Source of the DNA: an uncultured Alphaproteobacteria bacterium
Lineage (GTDB): Bacteria; Pseudomonadota; Alphaproteobacteria; Rhizobiales; Beijerinckiaceae
Length of the DNA: 64,000 bases
Direction: 5' to 3'
NCBI GenBank assembly: GCA_963794155.1
Contig: CAWCCX010000006.1
Span: 2,187-66,186, forward strand
The translations under genes were made by a program, and so were the position numbers. Shown in pieces: positions 1 to 11,550 of the stretch; within the stretch, counting starts at the first letter, position 1, and each line of letters starts with the position of its first letter. The notes beneath the pieces are model-generated. The model was given only the letters and a program-made list of their open reading frames with translations. It was not told the DNA's origin and did not search any database.

Positions 1-968
1 CTTCGACGAACCGAAGAAGCCGATTGTCTCGAACATCCAGTCTCCTTCGATCACCCCAAATGAAGTGATGATCCGTTCGCGTCGCGTCGGCATCTGTCAT
101 TCGGACTACGAGCTCCTTGCCGGTAAGTACATCATCCCGATTTCCTATCCGGTCATTCCCGGCCACGAGTGGGTCGGCGAGGTGGTCGAAGTCGGCAAGA
201 ACGTGACCGGTCTCCAGGTAGGCGATCGCGTGGTGGGCGAGTGCGTGATCAAGACGCCCGAGCGCATTCACCACTTCGGCTTCTCGATGGACGGCGCCAA
301 CCGCGAGTATTTCCCCGCCCGCCCCGAATGGCTCCACAAGCTGCCGGATGCGGTCGATGACGCGAAAGGCGCGCTGATCGAACCCTTCACCTGCGGCTTC
401 TACGCCGTCCTGCGCAATGGCGCGCCTAACGCTTCCGAGACGGTCGTGGTCTCGGGCGGAGGGCCAATCGGCCTTGTTGCGGCCGCGGCTGCCATCGGCA
501 TGGGCGCGCGCGTGATCGTCGTCGACCCGGTGCCGCTGCGTCGCGACATAGCGAAACGGTTGGGCGCCGACGCGGCCGTTGATCCATCGGCGGGCGATTC
601 AGGCGACGCGGTGCGTGAGTTGACCCACGGTGGGGCCGACCTTGTCGTCGAGGCGTCGGGCCATTCCGCGTCGCTTGCGAGCGTCTTTGACTACGCGCGG
701 CCAGAAGGCCGGATCTCAATGGTCGGAATCAACATCGGAAACAAGATCCCGGCCGAACTCGGGAAGATCCAAATGAAGAACCTGACGGTGCGCGGCTGCA
801 TCGGTTCGCCCGGCGTCTGGCCTGCCGCCATCCGATTTCTCGAACGGACGGGAATCGATCTGTCGCCCATTCAGACGCATAGCCTTCCCGCTCGACGATG
901 CAGTTAAAGCGCTCGAGCAGGGAAAGAAGCTGACCGAAGCCGTCAAAGTGACGTTGGAGATTGCCTAG
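1..968 (+). CDS. Zn-dependent (MDR family) alcohol/polyol dehydrogenase, 5'-truncated by window edge, +1 frameshift near 883
   Basis: Frame open from base 2 (FDEPKKP...). Motifs GICHSD, GHEWVG and GGGPIG. Removing one C from the cc at 883-884 restores ...HSFPLDDAVKALEQGKKLTEAVKVTLEIA* (TAG 966-968). Confidence 0.85.
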
Positions 969-982
969 ACTCGCGCGCCGAC

Positions 983-2051
983 ATGGCGCGCCTGGAAATC
1001 CGAACCGTGCGCACAGGTTCGCAATGCCGGCAAAGCAGCCTGATGAATGAAGTCGTGGACAGATCAAGCACCTTCTTTGGGCGGCGGAGGGTTTTTCCGT
1101 TCATGCTCGCGAAGGGGTTTGTGACGATCGTGATTTCAACGATCGCGCTGATCGGCATCTGTCTCCTGTTTGCGCCGTCCAGTCTGTCGCATGGCGCTCT
1201 GGAGGGAAGCCTGCCGTTTGCGGCCATCATTGCGATTGTCGGCCTGGGGCAGCTGCTGGTCGTTCAACAGGGAGGTTTTGACCTTTCGCTGGCAGGAGGC
1301 GTCTCGCTCGCGGTCGTCATATCGACACACTATCCGCAAGGAGACAACGCTCTGCTCCTCCCGGCCGTTTTGATCGCGATCGCGTGCGCGATCATGGCCG
1401 GCTTGGCGAACGGGATTCTGGTCAGCCTCTTCAGCCTCAACGCCATTGTCGCGACTATCGGCGTGAACGCTCTGCTATATGGGGCCGTCTTCGCTGTTTC
1501 CGGCGGCGTGCCCAAAACAACAACCAACTTGTTGGCCGCAATCGCTGGCGGCCGCGCATTCGGGCTTCCAAATTCCCTCTATTTCGCGTTGGCCGCGTTG
1601 CTGGTGGTTTCATTCATCTTGAAAAAGTCTGCGGCTGGAAGGCGTTTCGAAGCGATCGGCGCAAACCCATTGGCTGCCCAGGCCGCGGGACTTCGGGTGA
1701 AGCTTCATCAGCTTTTGGCCTATGTCTATGCCCAGCTCCTCTATTGCATTGCTGGCCTGCTCTGTGGCCGGCATCACTCGTGAACCCACAGCATTCCAAG
1801 GCGATTCCCTGCTTTTGCCTTCGGTTGCTGTTGTCGTTCTCGGTGGAACGTCGCTGCTCGGTGGTCGTGGTTTTCCGATCTCGACCGTCATTGCTTCGTT
1901 CTTCCTGAACCAGTTGAGCCAATTCGCACTCGCAGTTGGTGTGCCGTATTCGGCTCAAACCATCATCCAGGCTTTGGCCTTGGGTTTTGGTATCGGCGTC
2001 TACTCTATCCGGTGGACGGCAAACATGAACAGGCAAACTAAACCTGTGTAA
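983..2051 (+). CDS. Sugar-type ABC transporter permease (RbsC-like), frameshift near 1762
   Basis: ORFs 983-1783 and 1722-2051 join into one permease: GGFDLS, GRRFEAIGANP, AVVVLGGTSLLGGRG. Confidence 0.85.
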
Positions 2052-2063
2052 GTGGAGGAAAAA

Positions 2064-3131
2064 ATGAAATTCTCGAACAGGCAAAAACTAGCGCTCACCG
2101 CGGCGGCGACAGCCATCGCCCTTGGGTGCTCCAATTTGGCTCAGGCCGAAACTCCGTCATGGTGCGGCCCGAAGAAAGCGACAATTGCTTTGCTCGACGG
2201 CTATGGCGGCAACAGCTGGCGCCAGGTGACGACCGCTTCCGGCAAGGAGGAAGCCCTCAAGTGCCCCAGTATCACGAAGTACGAATATGCTGACGGCCAG
2301 GGCGACACCCAAAAGTCGATTTCCGACATCAAGGCGATGGCCGCCAAAGGCATCGACGCGCTGGTTGTCTTCCCTGACGCCGGACAGGCGATGCTGCCCG
2401 CGATAACCAGCGTCTACAAGTCGGGCAAAGTCATTGTGCCTTACCGCGTCGAAGCCGGGGGTCAGGCCGGCGTGAACTACACCAAGTTCATCGGCACCGA
2501 TTTCGTGAATGACGGCCAGAACTGGGGCAACTGGATCAAGAGCGTGCTGCCTCAAGGCGGCAACCTTCTGTTCTTGAGCGGCCCTGCGGGCAACAGCCAG
2601 GGGCTCGACGAGCTTAAGGGGCTGAAGTCTGTGCTTGGACCCGAATACAAGTTCATCAACCCCGAGCCCTTCGATGTGACGAACTGGGATCCTGCGTTGA
2701 CGCAAAAAGTTCTGACGGCCGAAATCGCCAAGAACAACAAGATCGACGTCATCGTTTCTGATTTCGGGCCGTCGCTGGTCGGCGCGCTTCCGCTGTTCAA
2801 GCAGTCCGGTCGGTCGATCCCGGCGCTCGCCACATCTGACGGCAATTCACTGGGCTGCTTGTGGGCCGACGTCCATCAGGACAACCCGGACTTCAAGCTA
2901 TTCACCGTCTCAACCGAAAACGACAACGTTCGCCTGGCCGTGCAATGGGCGGTCGCAGCGGTGACTGGCGGCACGCCGCCTACAGCGGAAACGTTCAAGG
3001 GCCCTGTCTTTGAAAATTCCGTGACTGGCGCGCCTCATGCGGTCCAGTGCCGCAAGGATCTCCCGGGTCAAATCTATTTGTCGGCCGAGCTGTCTCCGGA
3101 AGAACAGACGAAAGCGGTCAGCACCAAGTAG
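2064..3131 (+). CDS. ABC transporter periplasmic sugar-binding protein (RbsB-like fold)
   Basis: GGAGG RBS at 2054-2058, N-terminal signal peptide, GNSWRQ...DALVVFPD and TNWDP motifs, located between ABC genes. Confidence 0.85.
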   Translation: MKFSNRQKLALTAAATAIALGCSNLAQAETPSWCGPKKATIALLDGYGGNSWRQVTTASGKEEALKCPSITKYEYADGQGDTQKSISDIKAMAAKGIDALVVFPDAGQAMLPAITSVYKSGKVIVPYRVEAGGQAGVNYTKFIGTDFVNDGQNWGNWIKSVLPQGGNLLFLSGPAGNSQGLDELKGLKSVLGPEYKFINPEPFDVTNWDPALTQKVLTAEIAKNNKIDVIVSDFGPSLVGALPLFKQSGRSIPALATSDGNSLGCLWADVHQDNPDFKLFTVSTENDNVRLAVQWAVAAVTGGTPPTAETFKGPVFENSVTGAPHAVQCRKDLPGQIYLSAELSPEEQTKAVSTK

Positions 3132-3142
3132 CATCGCACGTG

Positions 3143-3180
3143 CCCCGGAGGCAAAATAGCCTCCGGGGAGCGACCTTTTT
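3143..3180 (+). terminator. GC-rich stem-loop after binding-protein gene (partial terminator or mRNA-stabilising hairpin)
   Basis: CCCCGGAGGC-AAAATA-GCCTCCGGGG (3143-3168), 10-bp perfect stem, with TTTTT shortly downstream. Confidence 0.55.
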
Positions 3181-3185
3181 GGCAA

Positions 3186-5736
3186 GTGCCGGATGTGGGT
3201 GTCTTAAGCGGAATGCTCACCGTGAATGTTCGTAGTGACGAATCTCGTCTAGCTGGCGCGCCGGCGCATGGTGACACGACGATCCGGTTGTCCAACATTT
3301 CAAAATTCTATTCAGGCGTTCCCGCGCTGCTCGATGTAAGCGCTGAGTTCTACGAGGGCGAGGTTCACGCGATCCTCGGCGAGAACGGGGCCGGCAAGTC
3401 AACCCTCATCAATATCATTTCCGGCGCCCTACAGCCAGAACTGGGCGTGATCGAATTCGAGGGGAGTCGGGTTTCCTCGATGTCGCCGGAAACCGCCGCG
3501 TCGTTGGGCATATCGATTTCCTTTCAGCACCCGGCTGTGCTCGACGATCTCTCGGTGCTTGGAGAATTTCCAGGTCGCTCTTCCTCCGTCGTTGTTTGTC
3601 GGAAAGTCCGCACAGACCGTTGCACGAAATGCGCTCGACGCAGTCGGCCTGCGCCTCCCGTTGCGAACGCGCGCCGATGCGCTGACGGTCGCCCAAAAGC
3701 ACTTGCTCGAAATCGCCAAAGCTTTGGCGATCAAGCCGAAGGTGCTGATCCTCGACGAGCCAACGGCTTCCCTCGATCAAGCGGCGACCGATATGCTTTT
3801 TGACCGCATAAGGGAGGTGGTCAGGACAGGAACGTCGGTGATCTACATCACCCATCGCCTCGCGGAATTGCGTCAGATCGCCCAACGGGTCACGGTTCTT
3901 CGCGACGGTCGGGTTCAAGGCGTGAGGCTGGTCAACGAGGTAAGCGACGCCGAGCTTCTAAGCATGATCGTCGGGCGAACGCTGGGGTCGACGTTCCCGC
4001 AGAAGTCTCAAAATGTCTCGAAGGACATCAACTTTGCGGTCGAGTCGTTTAGCGGCAAGAGATTTACGGATGTGAGCTTTGAAGTGTCGCGGGGCCAAAT
4101 CGTGGGCGTCGCCGGTGTGGCGGGCAACGGCCAATCCGAGTTAATGCGCGCGCTGGCGGGCCTCCAACAATCCAAAGGCGCGATTCAACTCAATGGCCGC
4201 GCCCTCGATCATAGCGACCTTTTGCGCGAAGCAGCATTCATGCCTTCGGATCGGCATACCGAAGGTTTGGCCGCAAGCCTGACGGTGCGCGAGAACGCGA
4301 CATTTGCCGCTCTGGACAGGTTTGCCGCGTATGGACTGCTCAGCCGAAAGAGAGAAGTTGAACAGGTCGCGACGACGTTCAAGTCGCTGGCGGTCAAGAC
4401 GGCGAGCCTGGAAGCTCCGATCCTATCGCTTTCCGGCGGCAATCAACAAAAGGTCGTAATGGCCCGCGCCTTGCTGTCGGAACCCAAACTTATCGTCGCC
4501 GACGAACCGACCCAGGGAGTCGATGTTGGCGCGCGCGCTGAGATCTATCGTATTTTGCGCGAAGTATCGAGTTCGGGCACGCCAGTCATCGTCAATTCTT
4601 CGGACGCGGCGGAGCTTGAAGGGTTGTGCGACCAAGTCATTGTCATGTCGCGGGGGCGCGTCGTCGCAAAGCTGAGCGGCGACGAAGTCTTGGAGGCCAG
4701 GATCGTCGCCGCCGCTGTCAAAGCCGACACCCACGTCGGCGACTCCGGCTTGCAGGACCGCGTCGCTTCGAGGAGCAGCGGATGGCGGCACTTTCTGCAA
4801 TCGGACAACGCGCCAGCCGTTCCCCTGGCTCTTGTCACCAGTCTGCTCGGGCTCTACGTTTTCGGCCAAAATCCCAACTTTCTGTCGGCGTTCAATATCT
4901 CCAACATCCTCCTGTTGGCGACCGCGTTGGGCTTCATCGCGCTCGGGCAAACCGTCGCGCTGTTGATGGGTGGAATTGACTTGTCGGTTGGCCCGCTCGC
5001 GGGTTTTCTGGTCGTGGTCGCCTCGTTCTTCGTGAACGATGGCAAGTCTCCATCGGTGATCGCCGCAGGCTTCCTCTTGATGTTCGGCGGCGCGTTCGTC
5101 GTCGGCGCGATCAACGGACTTCTCATAAGATTTGCGAATTTCACTGCGATTGCCGCGACGCTGGCGATGTATATCGGCCTTCAGGGGATGAGCTTCCTGT
5201 TGCGTGATGGCCCGGGCGGATACATCAACGCCGCTGTCGCTGACGTCATCAACAGGCTGTATGGGCCGATACCCCTGGCGTTTCTGGTCTTGGTCGCTTT
5301 CGCCGTTGCGGGCGAATACGCGTTGCGGAGCTCGCGGCTCGGCTGGCAGCTTCGGGCGATAGGCTCCGATGAGGAATCGGCGCGGCGGATCGGCGTTCGG
5401 ATCGATCGCACGTTCGTCGCCGGCTATATCGCTTCGTCGCTGTTGACGGCGTTTGGCGCCGTCATGCTGTTCGGCCAGATCGGGGTCGGCGATCCCAGGC
5501 AAGGCGCGAACTATACGCTGTCGAGCATCACCGCGGTCGTGCTTGGCGGAACGAGCCTGCGCGGCGGACGTGGAACGTTCATCGGCACAGTGCTCGGCGC
5601 GCTCCTACTGACGGAAGTTCTCAATGCCGCCACCTTTCTTGGTCTGTCTGAAACCTATCAATACGTGTTTCAAGGCATTCTCGTCCTGATCGCCGCCCTG
5701 ATTTATTCGACGGTGCGTGGGCGGGGCCCAGCTTGA
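3186..5736 (+). CDS. Fused sugar ABC ATP-binding (two NBDs) + permease protein, +1 frameshift at 3561-3562
   Basis: Walker A GENGAGKST, ILDEP, LSGGNQQK and ADEPTQG, followed in frame by a permease (GGIDLSVG, VVLGGTSLRGGRG). Start codon uncertain (3186 GTG or 3213 ATG). Confidence 0.88.
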
Positions 5737-5857
5737 AACGATGTGACGCAGATCGGGAGATCACATGACGAAGCGCGGAGGTCGCAAGCTTAGGACGCCG
5801 AGGGGTTTCGAAGGCCGTGGCGTCAGACGAAAATAAGCTAATGGGACGGAGGGAAAT

Positions 5858-6913
5858 TTGGCTTCGAGCGTGACTGACAATCCAAAGATTGCCTTCGTTG
5901 GAACAGGCGCTCAAGGAGCCTCGATCGGCGCCGACTTCGCTTTGGCGGGATTCGACGTGACCTTTATCGAGCAGTGGCCCGCCCATGTCGAAGCCATCCG
6001 CGAGAAGGGCATTACGGTCAATCTGCCGGCGCGAACGATCAACGCCAGAGTGCCGGCGCTGCATTTCTGCCAGGTCGCCGAGATAAAGGAAAAATTCGAC
6101 CTCATCTTTCTCGTCGTCAAGGCCTATGACACGAAGTGGGTGACCCAGATGGTTGAGCCTATTCTGGCGCGGGACGGATTTGTCATCGGTCTTCAGAATG
6201 GCATGACGCATTTGGATATCGCATCCGTGGTTGGCGCCGAGAGGACGATTGGCGCCGTCATCGAGATTGCTTCCAATATGTTCGTCCCAGGTATCACCAA
6301 TCGGCAGAACGACCAGGAAGAGTCCTGGTTCGCGCTCGGGGCGGTGGATCCCGATCAGCAATATCGAATTGAAGATGTCGCCAAGCTTCTTCGATGCTCC
6401 GGCCGGGTCGAGGTGACGAGCGACATCAAGTCGTGCAAGTGGATGAAACTGGTTGTCAACGCCGCCGAACTGATTCCGTCAGCCATTCTCAACTTGCCGC
6501 TCGGCGACGCGGCGCGCTTCCCCGGCTTTCTCGAAGTGATGCGACAGGCGGGTTACGAGGCGATGCAGGCGGCGCTGCTGGATGGGGCCTCGATCATTCC
6601 GATCATCGGGTTGCCGCCCATTACGACGAACGATCCCGAGCGCTACGTCGACCGGATTTTCGACGAGGTGCTGCAGACGTTTTCCAGGCCCGACACGCTT
6701 ACGTGTTCTTTGCAGGATTGGCGCAAGGGGCGCCGCGCGGAAATCGACGAAGTCAACGGATACGCCGTCGACATTCTGCGCAAGCATGGCCACGAAGCCC
6801 GGATCAATCAGCGCGTCATCGAAATCGCGTTCGAAATCGAAAAGGGGACATTGGAAGCCGATCCGAAAAACGCGCCGGCGCTCATCGAATGCCTCGCCGC
6901 AGCGCGTTCATAG
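5858..6913 (+). CDS. Ketopantoate reductase (PanE/ApbA) family oxidoreductase
   Basis: GTGAQG Rossmann motif, VKAYDT, LQNG, WMKLVVN, SLQDWRKGRRAEIDEVNG. Confidence 0.8.
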   Translation: MASSVTDNPKIAFVGTGAQGASIGADFALAGFDVTFIEQWPAHVEAIREKGITVNLPARTINARVPALHFCQVAEIKEKFDLIFLVVKAYDTKWVTQMVEPILARDGFVIGLQNGMTHLDIASVVGAERTIGAVIEIASNMFVPGITNRQNDQEESWFALGAVDPDQQYRIEDVAKLLRCSGRVEVTSDIKSCKWMKLVVNAAELIPSAILNLPLGDAARFPGFLEVMRQAGYEAMQAALLDGASIIPIIGLPPITTNDPERYVDRIFDEVLQTFSRPDTLTCSLQDWRKGRRAEIDEVNGYAVDILRKHGHEARINQRVIEIAFEIEKGTLEADPKNAPALIECLAAARS

Positions 6914-7048
6914 GTGCGGCGCCGCCCACGGAAGCCCTCGGCGCCGCTACGTTCCCGGGATGTCGCAAGTGCGCCAGTATAGCGTTCAGGTTGTCCTCGT
7001 CGTCATCGCGGCCCTCATCGACTTGCCGGTCCGCCGGCGCGCCGCGGC

Positions 7049-7600
7049 GTGAGCGTTTCACAGCAGTCAGCTTTGCAGGATAGCGTCATGGCAGAACGAA
7101 TATACGGCATGCATCATATCGGGATCACCGTACCTGATATCGAACAGGGCATCGCCTTTTTCGAGGCCGTCTTCGGTGCAGTGACGGTGTTCCGGACCGG
7201 CCCTTTCAATGTCGATGAGGCCTTCATGCAGCGCAAGCTCGGCGCAGCGCCACACACGCGGATTCGTGATCTCGTCTTCCTGCGCTGTGGCGATGGCCCG
7301 AGTGTCGAACTCTTCGAATATAGTGGCGAGGACAGCACCGCGCGTCCCAAACGCGTTTCCGAAGTCGGCGGCACGCATCTTTGCTTCGAGGTCGACGACG
7401 TTTTTGCATCCGCCGAGCGGCTGCGGGCCAAGGGGATCGAATTTCTCGAGGGTCCCAACACTGTCGAAGAGGGGCCGCTCGCCGGCTTCAACTGGATCTA
7501 TCTCAATACGCCCTGGGGCCAGTCATTGGAAATCGCGAGCTTTTCCTCGCTCGGCTACGAAAAGAACACGCCGCAACGGTTGTGGCGGGCGAAGGCATAG
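7049..7600 (+). CDS. VOC/glyoxalase family protein
   Basis: HHIGITVPD, VELFEY, HLCFEVDD and P-WG-SLEI metal-binding pattern. Probable ATG at 7088. Confidence 0.85.
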   Translation: MSVSQQSALQDSVMAERIYGMHHIGITVPDIEQGIAFFEAVFGAVTVFRTGPFNVDEAFMQRKLGAAPHTRIRDLVFLRCGDGPSVELFEYSGEDSTARPKRVSEVGGTHLCFEVDDVFASAERLRAKGIEFLEGPNTVEEGPLAGFNWIYLNTPWGQSLEIASFSSLGYEKNTPQRLWRAKA

Positions 7601-7636
7601 CGGGTTCCTGCGGTCGACCAACGAAAGGCCTTGTGA

Positions 7637-8734
7637 TCAAAGCCGCTTCGCGATCTCTTCTGCGATCGCGAGGCTCGCCGTAAGGCCGGGGAACTCTATG
7701 CCGAACAGATTGACAAGCCCTCGGACGCCGTGGTCGCGTTCCGTCTGGATGAGAAAATCGGTCGACGACCCTCCAGGGCGAGCAATCTTCGGGCGGATTC
7801 CGGCGTAGCCCGGCTGCAACGCGCCGTCCGGCAGATCGGGCCAATAGGTCCGGATCGCGGCATAGAAGGATTCGGCGCGCCGCGGGTCGACGTCGTAGTC
7901 GATCGTCTCCACCCATTCGACGTCCGGTCCAAACCGCGCCTGCCCGGCAAGGTCCAGCGTAAGATGGACGCCGAGGCCCCCTGGCGCCGGCATCGGATAG
8001 ACGAGCCGGGAAAACGGCGAGCGAACGGTGAGCGAAAAGTAGTTGCCCTTGGCGAGAAACAGCGGCGGGATCTTGTCAGGCGGCAGGCCGTCGATGGCGC
8101 GAGCGACCGCTTGCGCATCCAGGCCCGCCGCATTGACGACAAGGGTCGCCGTGAACCGCATCGGCTCCGCGCCGCCAGTTTCGATCGTAACGCCGTCGCC
8201 ATGCGCCCGCCCCGAGACGACCGGCGTCGCGAGCGCGATCATCGCCCCATGCGCCTCCGCGTCACCCTTGAGCGCCAGCATCAGGGCGTGACTGTCGACG
8301 ATGCCGGTCGAGGGCGAAAGCAGCGCGCGGTTCGCCCTGAGCGCCGGCTCGAGCGCGCGGACCTCTGCGCCGCTGAGCCAGAGGAGGTCGTCGACGCCGT
8401 TCGCCTTCGCCTGTGCCTCGAGCGCCGCAAGCTTGGCGATCTCGCTCTCGTCGGCGGCGACGATCAGCTTGCCGCTGCGCCGGTGCTGCACGCCGTACTC
8501 GCGGCAGAAGCGGTAAAGCATCACCTTGCCCTCGACGCAGAGCCGGGTCTTGGCAAGGCCGGTCGCGTAATAGATGCCAGCGTGGATGACTTCGCTGTTG
8601 CGCGAGCTCACCCCCGTCCCGATGGCGTCTTCCGCCTCGACGACGACGACCTCGCGGCCAGCCCGCGCCAGCGCGCGCGCGACCGCGAGACCGACCACAC
8701 CGGCGCCGATGACGAGGCATTCGACGGCGTCCAT
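7637..8734 (-). CDS. FAD-dependent oxidoreductase, L-2-hydroxyglutarate oxidase (LhgO)-like
   Basis: [47 protein letters not shown]. Confidence 0.8.
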   Translation of the reverse strand: MDAVECLVIGAGVVGLAVARALARAGREVVVVEAEDAIGTGVSSRNSEVIHAGIYYATGLAKTRLCVEGKVMLYRFCREYGVQHRRSGKLIVAADESEIAKLAALEAQAKANGVDDLLWLSGAEVRALEPALRANRALLSPSTGIVDSHALMLALKGDAEAHGAMIALATPVVSGRAHGDGVTIETGGAEPMRFTATLVVNAAGLDAQAVARAIDGLPPDKIPPLFLAKGNYFSLTVRSPFSRLVYPMPAPGGLGVHLTLDLAGQARFGPDVEWVETIDYDVDPRRAESFYAAIRTYWPDLPDGALQPGYAGIRPKIARPGGSSTDFLIQTERDHGVRGLVNLFGIEFPGLTASLAIAEEIAKRL

Positions 8735-8789
8735 GGCAGCCTTCAGCGCGTCGGGGCGGCGACGCTCAACAACCCGCCGGCGCCGCCGG

Positions 8790-9587
8790 TCAGACCAGCA
8801 CCATGCCGCCGTCCGACATGATGACCTGTCCGGTGATATAGTCGGAGTCGCGCGACGCCAGGAACGCCGCGATCCCCGCGAGGTCGTTGGGCTTCGACGG
8901 ATAACCGAGCAGGATGCTGGCCGAGAAGCTCTCGATGAACTCGCCCTTCTTCTTGATGACGCCCTTGTCGATCATGTCCTGCTCGAGCCCGTCCCACAGC
9001 GGCGTCACCACCACGCCCGGCGCGAAGGCATTGACCGTGATCTTGTGCTTGGCGAATTCGCGGGCGCCCGCCTGGGTCAGCGAGATCACCGCGGACTTGC
9101 TGCAGCAGTAGGGCGCAAACTCCGCATAGCCCTGCCGGCCAGCGATCGAAGCCGTGTTGATGATCTTGCCCCCGCCGCCCTGGGCGATCATTTGCTTGGC
9201 GCCCTCCTGGATGCCGAGCATGACGCCCCATGTGTTGACGCGCATGATGCTGTTGAAGTTCGCCTCGTCGACCTCAAGAAACGGAAGCGGCTTGTTGAAG
9301 CCAGCGTTGTTGAACAGGACGTCGAGCCGGCTGAAGCTGTCCACGACCGCCTTGATAGCCGCCTGAACCTGGCCGCGATCCCCCACATCGACCTGCACGC
9401 TGATCGCGCCAGCCGCCCCTTCGCCCTTCAAGGTCTCGGCCACCGCTTTCGCCTTGTCGCCGTTGAGGTCGGCGATGGCGATCGCGGCGCCTTCCGAGGC
9501 GAGACGGCGGGCGATGCCCTCGCCGATGCCCTGCGCGCCCCCGGTGATCATGACGACTGTGTTCTCAAGCCTAGCCATCGTGTTCAT
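8790..9587 (-). CDS. SDR family oxidoreductase (acetoin/butanediol/polyol dehydrogenase-like)
   Basis: [20 protein letters not shown], catalytic YCCSK, and GAGGAGG RBS upstream. Confidence 0.88.
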   Translation of the reverse strand: MNTMARLENTVVMITGGAQGIGEGIARRLASEGAAIAIADLNGDKAKAVAETLKGEGAAGAISVQVDVGDRGQVQAAIKAVVDSFSRLDVLFNNAGFNKPLPFLEVDEANFNSIMRVNTWGVMLGIQEGAKQMIAQGGGGKIINTASIAGRQGYAEFAPYCCSKSAVISLTQAGAREFAKHKITVNAFAPGVVVTPLWDGLEQDMIDKGVIKKKGEFIESFSASILLGYPSKPNDLAGIAAFLASRDSDYITGQVIMSDGGMVLV

Positions 9588-9602
9588 CCTCCTCGTGCGT
9601 CC

Positions 9603-9980
9603 CTACGGCCGTCCTTGCAAAGACCTCCTCGGGCCCCGAGCGCCGACCTCAGAAGGTTGGCGTTCGAAGGCAAGGGGGCCAAACACCCCGCTCTCGATCC
9701 TGGCGGCGATTGCGATCAGCGCCTCGTTCACGGGCGCGCAGGGACCGAGGCGGCGCTGCTCCCGCGCGTGGAAGGCCGTAAACAGGTGTGACCAAAGTCT
9801 CGACTGGCATGACGACCCAAACCCCGTTCGTCGCATCGCCTCGGCATGCGCCGGCTCGATGAAGGTGACGTCGAGGCCGGCGTGGGCGAGGCCCGCGCCG
9901 ATGCCGGCTCCGTTCGCGCCCGCGCCGACGAGGGCGATGTTCTGGCTCTTCAAGCCCAGTCGTCCCCAGAAGGCGCCCAT
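9603..9980 (-). pseudogene. Internally deleted ketopantoate-reductase-family remnant
   Basis: N-terminus IALVGAGANGAGIGAGLAHAGLDVTFIE and C-terminal PVNEALIAIAARIESG align with the two ends of the 5858-6913 protein, but the middle is missing. Confidence 0.65.
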
Positions 9981-10245
9981 AGGGTGTGTTCAAGCAGCTA
10001 CCAGAGCCCGAGAAGCCCGTAGGCCTTCGCTACCGCAATGGATGAGGCCTGCACTCGCGAAGACAGCCCCGAAGTGAATGCGCTCCAAGACGCCGTTCCA
10101 GTAGCGCTCCCACGGGCTGCCTTCGGCTGCGCTTGCGGTCGTTCTGATAGCGATCTCCGACGGTTCAGGCATATAATCCGCTCCGCGAGCTACCCGGGAC
10201 CGGACGTTTCTCCCTCGACAAATGGGTCCCTAGTTTCGCGGAGCG

Positions 10246-11406
10246 CTAACCCCACAATCGCTTCGACGCGATCGCGGCGCCTTCACAAAGTGACTTCAGC
10301 TTGGCCCACGCCACGTCCTCGGCGACCCATTCCCAGCCGGTGAAGGTGCCAAAGCCGCAGTCGACCCCTGCGATAACACGCTCCTTGTCGCCAATCGCAT
10401 CCACCACTCTCTCGATGCGCTGGGCGACCACTTCGGGGTGCTCGACGAAATTGCTCTTTGAATTGATCACGCCGGGAATGACGGCCATGTCCTTGGGTGG
10501 CTTGTTCGCCTTGAGCGCCGCGGTCTCGTGCTGGCGACGCGGGTTGGCGAACTCGAGACCGATCGCACCGACATTCGCCCGATAGATCGGCGGCAGCACC
10601 ACCTCCATTGCCACGTCGTGGTTATGCGGTCCTTCCCAATTGCCCCAGCAAACATGGAGCCGGACACGGTCGCGTGGAATACCCGCAAGCGCCTTGTTCA
10701 GCGCCTCGACATGTCTTTCCGTCTGTTCCGCGAACTCGGCGTCCGTCAAATCCTGATACAGCAGCACCCGCTCCATGGCGAGATCGGGCCCGTCGACCTG
10801 CAGTACATAGCCGGCATCGACGATGGCTTTGTATTCCTTGGATATCTCGCGCGCGATCGCAGCGAGATAGGCTTCATCCGAGTCGTAATAGGCATTCAGC
10901 ATCGTACACGCGATGATGCCGGGCGAGGGTGCGTTCATGAACCACTCGGTGACGTGCGCATCGGCTTTCGCCGCTTGTTGCTTGAGGCGGCCGATCTCTT
11001 TCTGCAGCTCCTCTTCGCCGCGGTAGTGAACTTCGCCGATCGCCTCGGGCGCGTCGAACACCCTGCCCGTCTTGGGGATGCGCTGCATCATCCGTTCGGT
11101 GAACTTCGGAAACTCGGCGAACTCCTTGCCGTATGGACGGCTCGACTTGCCACCAAAGCCGCTCCACCGTTGCGGCACGTAGGTCTGGAATCCGACCCGT
11201 CCCTGCTCGCCGTCGTTGGCAATATCAATGCCAACCTCGACCTCTTTCCTCACAATGTGAGCGACGCGCTCGGCGGCGACCTCGTCGATCTTCCGGCGAT
11301 CGATTCTCTTGCCTTCCTCCTGGTCGATCAGCATCGACCCGAGGGGCTCCCCGCGCGGCATGCTTCCAGCGTGGGTGGTGAGAATCCTGTGCGTGCTGAG
11401 TTTCAT
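10246..11406 (-). CDS. Cobalamin-independent methionine synthase II (MetE catalytic-barrel only) family protein; epoxyalkane:CoM-transferase-like
   Basis: ILTTHAGSMPR start, ANDGEQGR, Zn-ligand HVCWGN, LEFANPRRQHE, AGVDCGFGT. ATG at 11406. Confidence 0.8.
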   Translation of the reverse strand: MKLSTHRILTTHAGSMPRGEPLGSMLIDQEEGKRIDRRKIDEVAAERVAHIVRKEVEVGIDIANDGEQGRVGFQTYVPQRWSGFGGKSSRPYGKEFAEFPKFTERMMQRIPKTGRVFDAPEAIGEVHYRGEEELQKEIGRLKQQAAKADAHVTEWFMNAPSPGIIACTMLNAYYDSDEAYLAAIAREISKEYKAIVDAGYVLQVDGPDLAMERVLLYQDLTDAEFAEQTERHVEALNKALAGIPRDRVRLHVCWGNWEGPHNHDVAMEVVLPPIYRANVGAIGLEFANPRRQHETAALKANKPPKDMAVIPGVINSKSNFVEHPEVVAQRIERVVDAIGDKERVIAGVDCGFGTFTGWEWVAEDVAWAKLKSLCEGAAIASKRLWG

Positions 11407-11550
11407 TTGAATACTAACCCCCGGCGCTGCCATCCTCGGTGGAAAACCGATTGATCCTAGACTATGGTGTTCGATTATTGTAGCCATGTTTGGCTCCAAT
11501 AAAAATGAGCAAATCCGGCACGGTCCTGACGACATCAAGGGAGGGGACGA

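Noticed and set aside
8790-11406. True alkene/epoxide (CoM) degradation operon
   Set aside because: No alkene monooxygenase, 2-KPCC-like oxidoreductase or CoM biosynthesis genes are in the window; only family-level resemblance.
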